From positions 3,408,125 to 3,472,124 of the forward strand of contig BFEA01000034.1 of assembly GCA_003427395.1 (NCBI GenBank): 64,000 bases of DNA. Direction: 5' to 3'. Under the pieces are notes generated by a model. The model was not told the DNA's origin, made no database searches, and saw nothing but the letters and a program-made list of their open reading frames with translations. Of the stretch, positions 1 to 12,400 are shown piece after piece (positions within the stretch are counted from its first letter, which is position 1; the number at the start of each line of letters is the position of its first letter). The DNA comes from Chara braunii (lineage: Eukaryota; Plantae; Charophyceae). Both the position numbers and the translations under genes were made by a program.

Positions 1-75
<75 letters not shown>
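1..75. repeat. (AG)n microsatellite
   Basis: Read directly. Similar (GA/CT)n, (TA)n and (GT)n tracts lie at 1572-1636, 4358-4412, 6253-6328, 7404-7468, 27762-27812, 39220-39290, 45544-45906, 50874-51086 and 55651-55797. Confidence 0.95.
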
Positions 76-78
<3 letters not shown>

Positions 79-247
79 AATAAGGAAGTCGCCCGATATC
101 ATACAGTTACGACTGTGGCAAGTCTCTTCGAGTGTCTCCAACCACTCTTGGTAGATCTTTCTGCTCGAGCGAGCCTCTACGAAGAAATATGGCTCGAAAA
201 AGCAAGTTGGGAGTCTGGATTTCAGAACCTGGTTACCAGCCATTGCG

Positions 248-1229
248 TGCGACCGCGATCTATTTCACAGTTGGAATGATTTTTTTTAATTTATTGAGTG
301 TTGTTTTTGGAAAGATCACAACAAAAGTTGTGAGTACTCCAATTTTCAGGTTTTTTCACGCATTTTTTTTAGCGCGAAAACTCACTGAATTTGGAGTATT
401 TTTTTAGTTGGCCCACACATGGGTGAGCGGCAAAAATGGAAAATGTGTCGAATCGACGTGACGATTATTTCGCAGTTTAATCATTTTTTGAAAACGTTTT
501 AATTCACATCCCTAAGGCTGCGGTCTACCGGGGTTCGACGTCTGTGTCAAGGTGTCGCATTTTTGGCGGCGGGCGACCAGGACACAAAGTGGGTTCTTAG
601 GGGACAAAACAATTTGGGGAACCGGTCCTTGCCAAAATTGCGGACTACCTACAACTAGCTCTGGTAGAACCGGGACTTTTGGAAAAAGGAAGGACCGGTC
701 CTCAGGTGGAAGTGGACCCCCAAAAGAAATGAGGGGCGTTGGACGGGTCCTCGGGTGGAAGCGGACCCCAAAACAAAGTGAGGGCATGTGAACTGCAAAA
801 GGGCCCTCAAGCCCAGGCGTTGAGGCCCGTCTTCTCAAAACAGGGAGGTAAGGCGCAACGAAACAGGCGTTTTGCGAGAGGCACCTTTGGCGATTGTGTG
901 CTCGGAGGAACCCGCAGAAAATCTGAAATTTTTAGAATTCATAGATCAGGTCGTGTTCTTTTTAGGAAAAATATTAGAACATTTTTAAAAAATCATTTAG
1001 ATCGAGAACTCATCGTCATGCTGATTCGGCACATTTTCCATTTTTGCCACTTGGCTATGTATGGGCCAACTTAAAAAGCACTCCAAATTCAGTGAGGTTT
1101 CACTCTCAGAAGAATGCGTGAAAAAACCTGAAAATTGGAGTACTTGTAGATTTTGTTGTGACCTTTCCAGGAAAAATGCAAAAAAAAAAAAAAAAAATCA
1201 TTCCAACTGCAAAATAGATCGCGGCCGCA
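248..1229. repeat. Imperfect ~255-bp inverted repeat (248-503 versus 970-1229)
   Basis: For example, ccgcgatctattt..cagttggaatga versus tcattccaactg..aaatagatcgcgg, and agtactccaattttcaggttttttcacgcatt versus aatgcgtgaaaaaacctgaaaattggagtact. Confidence 0.8.
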
Positions 1230-1569
1230 ATTTAAACCACAGGTCCCCCCGCCATCGAAAACCCCCGGTACCGGTGAGTTAGGGGAGCGTTTTTCGGAGG
1301 TCGTCCACCCCAACTCACCGATCTCGCGAAATCCCTGGGTACTGCACCAAGGCCCCACGGTGTAGAGGGCGGCCGACGGCGGGGTTTCATCAAGCGGCAA
1401 CGAAACGGTCGGGTGGTCCAGTTATTGGGCCGCCGACAATCTGTACTGGACTTTCTCGCTGTGGCGGGAATTGAAGGCCCGCAATGAAAATGTCATTGTT
1501 ATTGGGCCCCTCGTTTCTTGTCCTCTTCTCTCTCTCTGCGTACAGTTTACCGGGCAGCTCTGTTTGTGA

Positions 1570-1639
<70 letters not shown>

Positions 1640-2690
1640 CGTCACCAGTCCGTACGTACGNNNNNNNNNNNNNNNNNNNNNNNNNNNNNNNNNNNNNNNN
1701 NNNNNNNNNNNNNNNNNNNNNNNNNNNNNNNNNNNNNNNNNNNNNNNNNNNNNNNNNNNNNNNNNNNNNNNNNNNNNNNNNNNNNNNNNNNNNNNNNNNN
1801 NNNNNNNNNNNNNNNNNNNNNNNNNNNNNNNNNNNNNNNNNNNNNNNNNNNNNNNNNNNNNNNNNNNNNNNNNNNNNNNNNNNNNNNNNNNNNNNNNNNN
1901 NNNNNNNNNNNNNNNNNNNNNNNNNNNNNNNNNNNNNNNNNNNNNNNNNNNNNNNNNNNNNNNNNNNNNNNNNNNNNNNNNNNNNNNNNNNNNNNNNNNN
2001 NNNNNNNNNNNNNNNNNNNNNNNNNNNNNNNNNNNNNNNNNNNNNNNNNNNNNNNNNNNNNNNNNNNNNNNNNNNNNNNNNNNNNNNNNNNNNNNNNNNN
2101 NNNNNNNNNNNNNNNNNNNNNNNNNNNNNNNNNNNNNNNNNNNNNNNNNNNNNNNNNNNNNNNNNNNNNNNNNNNNNNNNNNNNNNNNNNNNNNNNNNNN
2201 NNNNNNNNNNNNNNNNNNNNNNNNNNNNNNNNNNNNNNNNNNNNNNNNNNNNNNNNNNNNNNNNNNNNNNNNNNNNNNNNNNNNNNNNNNNNNNNNNNNN
2301 NACAGACCTCCGTATGTACGGCGTTCGTGGTCCCTTACGGGGTCCGAAACCCGACGCCGTTCGGCCCCCGCCTAAAATTATTTCGGGGACAAAAAAAAAT
2401 TATTTTTTTCTGAGTTTTTTTTTTTTTGCAAGTTCTCTGTGACGTGAGGTACATGCATGTAAAATGTCAAGTCATTTGGCTAAGCCAAATAAGAATTACG
2501 AATCGCCATAGATGGCGGTGTTAAAATGTGCTCGCCCACGTATTTTTTTTTGGGTCCGCGTTCGGCCCGAACGGCCGAACGCATCCCCAAAGGGTCCCGT
2601 ACGTTCGGGCGTTCCGACCTGTAAACCGTAGGCACAGAGATAGAAGAGGACATATATATATATAAACATATATACATATATATATGTATA

Positions 2691-2923
2691 CAGGGTAACC
2701 GGCGGTCTGGACGGGCCGAACGCCCGAACCTGAACGCCCGAACGTATGGGACCCCTTCGGGATGCGTTCGGCCGTCCGGGCCGAGCGCGTACCCAAAAAA
2801 AAAAAAAAAAAAAAAAAAAAACAAATCATCAAAAAACAGGTTCGGACCCCGTACGAGACCCCGAACGCCCGAACGTACGGGGGTTCGCCCGGGGGCCTTC
2901 GTACGTACGGGCTGGTAACCCTG
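2691..2923. mobile_element. Tc1/mariner-like MITE in a TA tract
   Basis: Termini CAGGGTAACCGGC / GCTGGTAACCCTG with TA on both sides. Related inverted sequence lies at about 2548-2620 and 1637-1660. Confidence 0.6.
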
Positions 2924-3038
2924 TATATATATATATATATATTACTCTACAACAGTTGGTCGGGGTCACTTGGCCGGCCGTCCTGTTTTTTTGTTTATTT
3001 TTACTTTGTTTTGGACGCCGGCCCCATTTTCATGCTTC

Positions 3039-3127
3039 GGTTCAGCCTCCTGACGAGTCGGAGAAACTCCGACGAAACAGTTAGTCACAGCCCGTCATCT
3101 GTTGTCCTCCTCTCTCTCTCTGCCAAC
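3039..3127 (+). ncRNA. Hammerhead-core repeat, copy A
   Basis: CTGACGA at 3050-3056, perfect stem GTCGGAG/AAA/CTCCGAC, GAAA at 3074-3077, then CAGTTAGTC. Confidence 0.7.
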
Positions 3128-3249
3128 ATATATCGTCACAAACAGAAGTGTCCGGTAACCGTTGGCAGAGAGAGAGAGGAGGACAACAGATGACGGGCTG
3201 TGACTAACTGTTTCGTCGGAGTTTCTCCGACTCATCAGGAGGCTGAACC
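3128..3249 (-). ncRNA. Hammerhead-core repeat, copy B, with family 3' tail ending GACGATATAT
   Basis: Minus strand: CTGATGA (3238-3232), 7-bp stem II, GAAA (3214-3211). Confidence 0.7.
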
Positions 3250-3961
3250 GAAGCATGGAAATGGGGCCGGCGTCCAAAACAAAGTAAAAATAAACAAAAA
3301 AACGGGACGACAACAGTGCTGATGGGACATAAACACGTTTCGAAACCGGGGAAAAAAAAAAGAGAAAATGACAAAAAAATAAAATAAAAAATAGTTGACG
3401 AAAAAATAAGAATAAAGAGATTGAACATAAGACACAACATATGTTCAAATTGTTTGGCACATTGGCAGGGTACCGGCAGGAATACGGATGGTTCCAGAAT
3501 AGAACAAAAACAAGAAAAAATAGGAAAAAATAAATAAATAAATAAATAAATAAATAAATCAAGATCTCCAAGAATCCCCCGGAAGTCAATATGTTATGCA
3601 GAAAATTCAACAGAACAACTTTTGCCTCACGGTGACATCAATATTCCTCACGAATTTTAGAATAAATATTGTAATATACAAAACAACTTTTTACTTTTAT
3701 TATTATTATTATTTTTTTATTTTTTTCCCACACGGCGAAGTCAACTCGGGCCTCACTCGTACCATGCGCACATGGCCATTTCGTTCACCGACTCATAGGT
3801 ATGTGCATTCGGCATTTCCAAATGATTTTTTGTTGTTTGTTTTTTGTGTTTTTTTTTTTCTTCACAGACCACTGCAATGACAAGTTTGCGGTCGTTTTTC
3901 TCCCCTTCTTTATCCGTTTTTTTTTTTTTTTTTTTTAGAGAGACAGAAGAGGAAAACAAAC

Positions 3962-4033
3962 GAGGGGCTGTGACAAACTGTTTCGTCGGACTTTGACCGA
4001 CTCATCGCGAGGCTGAACCCTCAACCACTCTGC
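3962..4033 (-). ncRNA. Hammerhead repeat, copy C (core mutated to GCGATGA; stem I GAGG/CCTC and upstream TGGTT retained)
   Basis: Minus strand: GAGTGGTT^GAGGGTTCAGCCTC-GCGATGA-GTCGG-TCAAAGT-CCGAC-GAAA-CAGTTTGTCACAGCCCCTC. Confidence 0.6.
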
Positions 4034-4290
4034 ATATATATATATATGACGATATATATATATATATATGGGAATCGTCATCCGAGATTGTCTTATCCTC
4101 TTTTATTTTTTCTTGGGTTGTCACAATGTGGATCGGAGTTTTTTTTCATGCCTTGTCTTTTGACATCCTGGCTGGTCTTGTACCGTCGTCTGGCCTGTAG
4201 TTGTCGGGGGTGGTGTTTGCATGTGGGACTTGTCATATAGGCTTCTCATTTAAGATCTTTGCAGGCGCTTATCTATTTTGTATGGGTTGT

Positions 4291-4353
4291 GACAACAAAC
4301 GATGAGATGTGACAAACTGTTTCGCCGGAGTTTCACAGACTCATCATGAGACT

Positions 4354-4416
<63 letters not shown>

Positions 4417-4559
4417 GAAAAACAAAAAAATAGAAAACAAGAGAAAAAAAAGAAAACAAAATTCAAGAAAAACAAGATAAGATATGTTGATCTGTGGGAT
4501 GTGTTATTTGCTTTGTGACAATTAGGTTCGTCGGAGTTTCAACGACTCATCAGGAGGCT
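4291..4559 (-). ncRNA. Hammerhead repeat, copies D (4291-4357) and E (4514-4559), degenerate
   Basis: D reads ATGATGA...GAAACAGTTTGTC. E reads CTGATGA-GTCG...CGAC-GAAC. Both begin directly after (TA)n. Confidence 0.55.
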
Positions 4560-6252
4560 ATATATATATATATGTATATATATGTATATATGTATATATA
4601 TATATATATATGATATATATGATAACAGATTGTCACAACCCCGTCGTTTATTATCGTCTTCTCCCTCAATCCTTATAAGCCGAAGAAGGAAACGAACGAG
4701 CAAAAAAATAAAATAAAANNNNNNNNNNNNNNNNNNNNNNNNNNNNNNNNNNNNNNNNNNNNNNNNNNNNNNNNNNNNNNNNNNNNNNNNNNNNNNNNNN
4801 NNNNNNNNNNNNNNNNNNNNNAATAATAATAATAATAATGATACAACAATCGTAACTGCGAAAAACAAAACAGGGCGTTATCATTATTTGTTGTCATCAC
4901 AAGTGTGCAGCAGGAAGTATTAACATTTTTTGACCTAAATATTTGAAATAACACAAATAAAAGTGTGAAAATATTGCAAGAACGAATTATATGTGTCCCC
5001 ATTTTCGTTCACAAATATATGTTTGTAACCTACTGTATAACTCTTCAAAAGCCACGTGGCATATATGGCTGCCTTATCCGCCGTCGCCAAACTAGCAGGC
5101 ACGGTGTCCATAATTCCTACATAAAAAGCCACGTGGCAGCTATGGCTGCCATATCATAAATTCCTACACGAAGGACGACGAAAAAAATAAACCCTGCAAT
5201 TTCTAAACAAAATATTGTTGCTACATAAAACGACCACTTCCCTCTTTACAACACACGTTGCAACAATGGCTGCCTTATACGCCGTCACGAAAATGCCGGC
5301 CACGGAAAGCACGGCCAACGAAGCCACCATCACCACCATTGCCCTTCCGTCATTTCGTAAACGAACGACGAAAAAAACAAAAAATAACCAAAAAAATATA
5401 ATTTTATACCGCCTAAAAAATCGCACCTCCAACACCGCCATCCCCTCCGTCGTCGTTTCCTCCATCTTCACCCCCTCCCCCTTCCTCATCGCCGCCATCT
5501 GCACTCCCTCCCCCCTCCTCATCGCCACCATCTTCACCCCATTCCCCTTCGTCATCGCCGCCATCGTCACCCCCTCCCCCTTCGTCATCGCTGGTGGGAA
5601 GCGACAACAGGTTACCGTCTGGCGGACGGGGGAATGTCCATGCAGGGAAGTGAGAGTACGTGGCGGCTATGGCCTCCCAACCGATCGGACCGCGCGTCGG
5701 ATCGCCCCCCCAACCACCATTTAGCTCGTGCAGACCTTGCGGAAGGTCCCCCCATCCCTCTGCATTATGCACGGCTGTGTCCGTGCTTGATTGCCCAAAC
5801 ACGACAGAGGGCGTTGATGGAGACGATGGGGAGGCGGGCGGAGGCACGGGATTCGTCATAGGAACGGGGTTCGCACCAACCCCCCCCCCCGCCATGCGCA
5901 GCTGACGAAGACAACGACGGCAATGGCGCCGTCGAACGTGGGGNNNNNNNNNNNNNNNNNNNNNNNNNNNNNNNNNNNNNNNNNNNNNNNNNNNNNNNNN
6001 NNNNNNNNNNNNNNNNNNNNNNNNNNNNNNNNNNNNNNNNNNNNNNNNNNNNNNNNNNNNNNNNNNNNNNNNNNNNNNNNNNNNNNNNNNNNNNNNNNNN
6101 NNNNNNNNNNNNNNNNNNNNNNNNNNNNNNNNNNNNNNNNNNNNNNNNNNNNNNNNNNNNNNNNNNNNNNNNNNNNNNNNNNNNNNNNNNNNNNNNNNNN
6201 NNNNNNNNNNNNNNNNNNNNNNNNNNNNNNNNNNNNNNNNNNNNNNNNNNNN

Positions 6253-6331
<79 letters not shown>

Positions 6332-6445
6332 CCTCCGCGATGCGGACACAGCGTACAGACGTCTTGGCGAAGAAATCTCTCTCTCCTTCTTTTCGAACGG
6401 GCGTACGAAACATATACATATATATATATATATATATATATTTGT

Positions 6446-6476
<31 letters not shown>

Positions 6477-7400
6477 CCACGCCAGGACTTCGTGGAATGG
6501 GGTATGCCGGGGCGATGCAGTTTTGGACACATATGTTCCACTAGGGGTTTGGGGTTGGCCGAAGGGGGGGCATACAACGGCGTAAGGGGAGGTAGGAGGT
6601 GGTGGAAGATGGGGGGGGTGAGGTTGGGGTTGTCGAACACCCCATCGAAGTGGTGTGTCCATTTGACTCACCGCGTGTCGCTGTCGTCGATGCCTGAGGT
6701 GACAGAGAGATAGATGCCTGTCGTCTAACTCCAACCTCGTAAGACATCGACGATGGCGACAACCATCGTTTTATGTTCGTCTGTCTTCCCGAGAGAGAGA
6801 GAGAGAGAGAGCAACCGTTCTGTATAGATATGCATGTCGTCGCGACATGCATATGTCAACACCGTCCCACGATGTGACGATCCCGCAGGACGTCAACCAA
6901 CTGCGACATGCGCCGCAACGTGACACGTGGGAACTCAGACTCGCATGATGACCAGGTACCGTCGCGCCCCATCTCACTGTGTAGTGGCGAAGTGACGTGG
7001 CTTGCACGAAACCACCGCGTCGTTTCAGCCGCAGTAAGCCAACGGCACGAAAAAGATGAGAATTAAAAAAAAAAAAAACATTGCAGAACGAAAGTGAAAA
7101 CACTGCGAAAAAATATGCAAACAAATACCGAAAAAACAAAACCGAAATTGAAAAAAAAAAACCAAATATTCTGTTCGTTTGTCCGGATCCGTGAACACGG
7201 ACATCGTGCTGCAACGACGTCATTCCTTACTACCGGCCCTACCGGGTCCCACATTCGAAACGGCATGTCGGGATGGGACTCGGTAGGCCGCGAAAAACCA
7301 GTCGTCCGACCAAAATACAGCAACCTCGACATACAGGTCGTCCAAGGGTTTTCCACGGCGGGGGGACCTGTGGTTTAACCCATATTTCAATTTTGCCATT

Positions 7401-7468
<68 letters not shown>

Positions 7469-7851
7469 NNNNNNNNNNNNNNNNNNNNNNNNNNNNNNNN
7501 NNNNNNNNNNNNNNNNNNNNNNNNNNNNNNNNNNNNNNNNNNNNNNNNNNNNNNNNNNNNNNNNNNNNNNNNNNNNNNNNNNNNNNNNNNNNNNNNNNNN
7601 NNNNNNNNNNNNNNNNNNNNNNNNNNNNNNNNNNNNNNNNNNNNNNNNNNNNNNNNNNNNNNNNNNNNNNNNNNNNNNNNNNNNNNNNNNNNNNNNNNNN
7701 NNNNNNNNNNNNNNNNNNNNNNNNNNNNNNNNNNNNNNNNNNNNNNNNNNNNNNNNNNNNNNNNNNNNNNNNNNNNNNNNNNNNNNNNNNNNNNNNNNNN
7801 NNNNNNNNNNNNNNNNNNNNNNNNNNNNNNNNNNNNNNNNNNNNNNNNNNN

Positions 7852-7918
<67 letters not shown>

Positions 7919-7956
7919 TGTCCGAGCTCTTAGCCTCAGTGATTTGGCTACCTTAG

Positions 7957-8447
7957 GGCTGTGTTGCCCGTGCCCACGCAGTAGACAATATTATTCCTGG
8001 AAAGAACATGACCTCATCTATGGATTCTGAAAATTTCAGATTTTTCCGCGGGTTTGTCCGAGCACAGAAAAACGCCAAAGTTGCCACTTGCAACACACTT
8101 GTTTCGTTGCGCCTAACCTCCCTGTTTTGAGAAGACGGACCTCAACGCCTAGGCCTGAGGGGCCTTTTGCCGTTCACATGCCCTCACTTTTTTTTGGTGT
8201 CCACTTTTACCCGAGGACTGGTCCATGCCCCCCACTTTTTTTTGGGGTCCTTTTCCACATGAGGAGCGGTTCTTCCTTTTTCCAAAAGTCCCGGTTCTAC
8301 CAGAGCTAGCATGTAGGTGGTCCAATTGTGCCAAGGACCGGTCCCCAAATTTGTTTTGCCTCCTAAGAACCCACTTTGCGTCCTGGTCGCCCGCCACCAA
8401 AAATGTGACACCTTGACACAGACGCCAAGGCCCACTATACCACAGCC
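7957..8447. mobile_element. MITE-like repeat (GGCTGTG...CACAGCC, TTAG on both sides); inverted homolog at about 510-975
   Basis: About 450 bp of clear inverted similarity between 510-975 and 7988-8453; short TIR and 4-bp direct flank. Confidence 0.55.
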
Positions 8448-8515
8448 TTAGGGCTGCGAACATCCCCCTATAGTGGACTTCCGGCAAAATGCCTTTTTCT
8501 GTTAGGTACTGGTGG

Positions 8516-8848
8516 GGCGCCTGAAGTACCCGGGCGACAGGCTCGTTCGACTATGCTTCCATCAGGGCGGAGTGGGGCAAGTAGGGCTCATCTTAGCCCT
8601 GGTACCTGCAACTGCGGTCTGGTGATGGTCACCCCCAGACTGGAGGGTGGCGCCCCTGACTGGTAGACACTGAGGTAGGATAGTAGGAGTAGGGGTGCGC
8701 CGGAAAGAAATACGAGAGTGGTGGGTGGGGAGGGAGTCCCATAGGAATAGGGGGGCTCAGCCACATGGCCGAGTGCCGAAGGTGACTCTCATACGTCTAG
8801 AACCCAGCCTCTACAACAACGTGGGCTTTCAAAAAAAAAAAAAAAAAA
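8516..8848 (+). mobile_element. 5'-truncated retroposed insert (LINE 3' end or SINE) with poly(A) tail
   Basis: Poly(A) at 8831-8849; 12-bp TSD AGGTACTGGTGG at 8504-8515 and 8849-8860. Confidence 0.85.
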
Positions 8849-9493
8849 AGGTACTGGTGGAAACAAAAAAAAGAAACATTTTTGCGTCCTATGGACTCAA
8901 GGCCCGGGGGCGTACGGTGGTTGGCGCGATGCGCTCTAAGCCCGTACGATCACGTAGGACTGACGTAGCCATCACCAATCGTTGTCATCATTACGTCGTA
9001 GGTGAAGTCGTTTGTCTTGCTCGGTAATATCCGAACTCTCCTCATGGGAAGTCGAGTGAATGACTGTCTCCCACTATGATGCAGAACGTGTAGTAATGAA
9101 GGCGTGGTCCTATGAGAACGTGTATGGTTGTGAGCAGAGGTGCATAATTCAGACTGATGTCGCTGGCGAGCGCCGAGAGGGCGCCCGCTTTTGATATGAA
9201 TCGTAGGACTAAGTGAAGTCGTGCTAGTGTTAGGGCTACGGGAGAAGCCACATGCTGGAGCAGGTGATCTGGAGGAAAGTAATCGCTCACAAGTCCGAGA
9301 AAAGCGTCTGGTGGATACCTTTTTAAGTCCCTTCCTTGTCGTCTTGCGTTTCGAAAGCGAGGGTTCTATCTAGGAATAGGTTGGAAGACCTACATGTTTG
9401 GGCAGGTGTCCCAATAGGCACGCAAGCGCGGAGATCTCCGGGTACAGGAGGAGGATCAAGCCTTCCTTAGGGGTTAATAAGACGAGCAAGAGC

Positions 9494-12400
9494 ATGGCGG
9501 CAAGTCAACAGCGGAGTAAGGGTCGCTCTTCTCCAGCACATACATACGTACCTCTCTCAGACGAGGATAGGATGAAGTTGCTTATTTCAAAGTGCTACGA
9601 TGATGGGATTCTGTCGGAGAAATTCCAACATGGGGAACGGGTTGTAGAAGGCGGCATCCGTACTTTTATGGTCAATACTCGGTTGGATTAGCTGACCACT
9701 AACTGGTTGAAGGAGAGGACTCTTACAATCATATTTCAAGGAGAGGCTCGAGATCTTCCTATGCGCGTGAGATAAGACTTGATCAGAGCATACGAGAACG
9801 ACTGGTATAGACAACGAATATTCGACCGGATCGTTATACGGGGAAGGGTCCACGTTGAGGGACAAAATGTGGTATCCTACGTGGCACGCTCTAAGGAAGT
9901 CGCCCAATGGCTGATTGCAAAAGTCGAGGATACGGTGATGATTAGGGGTGTTGAGTATGGTATGCTATTCAAACCCTGACTCACTCGTACCGAATTGGAG
10001 GAAAAGAGGCGATTGGAGGATGAGTCCAAGTTTTGGGTCATGGCGATCAGGGTACCTTTAAGAGGTATGTTCCATGTTGAGAGTATGGTCAAAACAGCGA
10101 TGGGGCACGTCATCAACAGTCAGCCTCCGAAGCAAGATCGGTTGAGACCGAAACTGATGAACTTAAAATTGGACTTGGTGAAAGAAGCGGAAGGGAATTT
10201 TGAGCCTGAGTTGCCAATTCGGTTGGGAAATGAGGTGCTTCGTATAAAATTTGTCTGTAAAAACACCCCGTGGTCGACAGATGCAAGTGATGGCTTCATA
10301 CTACCGAGGAAGGATCTCCCAGAGCGGAGGAGGAGGAAGGGGAGCAAAAACGGTCAGCGATTTAGAAGAAGAGAAGGAGGGACTGATCGCTCGGACCGAT
10401 CGGAGGATAACCGCTATATTCGGGCAGCGGCAAGGGACCAAACTGGGGGAGGTGGAGAAGGGGGACTTCCTCGGCCGGCGGGAGCTGAAGGTAGGAATGA
10501 GAATTCGGTTGTAGCTTAGTCATCAAGGCCTCGGGCAGCAGTTCAAACCAGTTCTACTAGAAGCAGTGGGGCTGGCATTCGGCAAGCCTCCGGGAACGCG
10601 GGAGGAGCTAGAGCCTTGCAGGTACTTGCATCAAAGGCCAGGTCTGCCCCTTTTACCCCGAGACCGCCACAACCCCCTTTCATCCAAGCCAGGGCGCCCT
10701 GCATGTATGGAAGTGAGTTGCAGCAGTACGCCCCACGATGGGGTCCTACGCAGTGGCAGGGTTTTGGATATCAGCCGATTGGTATGAATCTCATGGGTAT
10801 GGATTTATACCAACAGAGCTTTTATGGGGCAGATCGAGCTATGAACCATAGGGTGAATCACTTTAATGACAATGTCATGAGACAAGGCCACGATCAAGGA
10901 GGTTCGAGGGGAGGTCAAAGTCGTGCATTAGACCCTCCCCAAGAGGAACAGGTACCGGCTATACAAGAACAGCAGGCTACCCAAGTGGAGGACGACGCAG
11001 AAGGCTCAGAGGGCGATAGTGAAACAGGAAGCGGTCCTAGGAACGAGCTACAGGTGGAAGTCGAGGAGTTACATCCGGGAGATTTTATCCCGAACGGAGC
11101 AGAGTTACAGGGCCAAGTGGCGACAAATCGGGAAGAGCAAATGCTGCTTTCGATTGTCGTGTCTCTACAAGATCAAGTGGTCCATGTGATAGGGCTACTT
11201 GACAACAAGGAGATCATGTCTCTCCCATCCATTGCCCTGACAAAAGTTCTCACGCCTGCTATAATCACCGAGAAAGTGAAATACTTGTATGCTGATAGAT
11301 TGCATTTCAAGATCTTTCTAGAATTTTACTTGCCAAAGATGAGAGTAGTTTTAGAGGACGATTACATCATCCGTTATACTGTTGTTTTTATTGATGCGCG
11401 GTTCTCACTTGATGAGTGGGCAGGTAGGCAAAGGGTTGGTATAGGGTCTTTCTCTTTGGATGCCCTCATTCAGGCATCGGACGAAATCCTGTCACAAGTA
11501 GTGGTTGGCCCAGGCGTTTCTGCTACTTTTATAGCCAACCTGCATCCTAGCATGCCTAGAACTTGTAATCTCGCTTCCAGTCCTTTTTTCCGGTGTGTAA
11601 GCGTGAATCGGGCGGATATGGATGAGTCAGACGCAGCAGAGGGTGCGTGTGCAACAAACCCCGCTCCAGAAGGAATCCAATATGCAGACGGGTGGAAGCT
11701 CAATTAGTAGACTTTGATAGTGATGTGTGGGGTCAGTAGTGTTGAATCAGACCACAAATCGGAGATGCGACATGGGTGTTCGCCACAGTATATGTTCCGA
11801 ACGACTCGACCAGTCGGGCGGTGTTTTTTTATACCCTACCGTATATTCTGTCATGTGTTGGGAACCTGGTAATTGGCGGAGATTGAAATACCACATGCTG
11901 TCCAGGACTGGATTCAAAAGCGGGGGAAGGGATGCCTGCCGATAGAATCAGACTGATCAGGTGGATGGAACAGTGGGCGCTTAGGGATGTGTACAGAGAC
12001 CTGAACCTAACAGCCACAGGCTGTACATGGTTCGGTCCAGCCCCTCGATTGGGAGGGGTGAGGAGGAGGATCGATTTTTTCCTGGTGTCAGAGGAAGCAA
12101 AGAGTTGTGTTCTAAGCATGGAGGTGCAGAATGTCCCGCTCTCTAACCACAAACCAGTGGTGATGAAGTGTGTGGTGGCAGAGTTGGGGGATAGAGGCCC
12201 AGGGTGTTTCCGTTCAAATACGGAAGTCCTTTTAGATGCAGACATTACCTCATGGGTGGAGGGTTTCAAGGCGAGTTGGAACACAGCTAAAACATCCTTC
12301 GCCTCGTTAGCCGAGTGGATTAATGCTGGCCTGCGAATCATTTCATTGAGGTTTGACTCTTATTCAAGAATTGCTGCTTTGCTTCGGAACAAGGAGACGG

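Larger units (their letters stand above)
1236..7374. mobile_element. Large TIR DNA transposon remnant with TTAA flanks
   Basis: 29-bp TIR ACCACAGGTCCCCCCGCCATCGAAAACCC versus the reverse complement of 7346-7374 (2 mismatches). TTAA at 1232-1235 and 7375-7378. The interior has gaps and nested repeats. Confidence 0.65.

Noticed and set aside
1484-2413. Long ORFs spanning N-gaps or microsatellites (also 5765-6734, 7273-7956, 38451-39383, 45528-46016, 50799-51370, 55394-55901)
   Set aside because: Artefacts of N runs and dinucleotide repeats that lack stop codons.
3074-3095. Type I hammerhead reading using the downstream GUC (3084-3086)
   Set aside because: The bases 3' of this GUC cannot pair with those 5' of CUGA, so stem I does not form in cis. 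The type III register is better supported by copies C and 45427.
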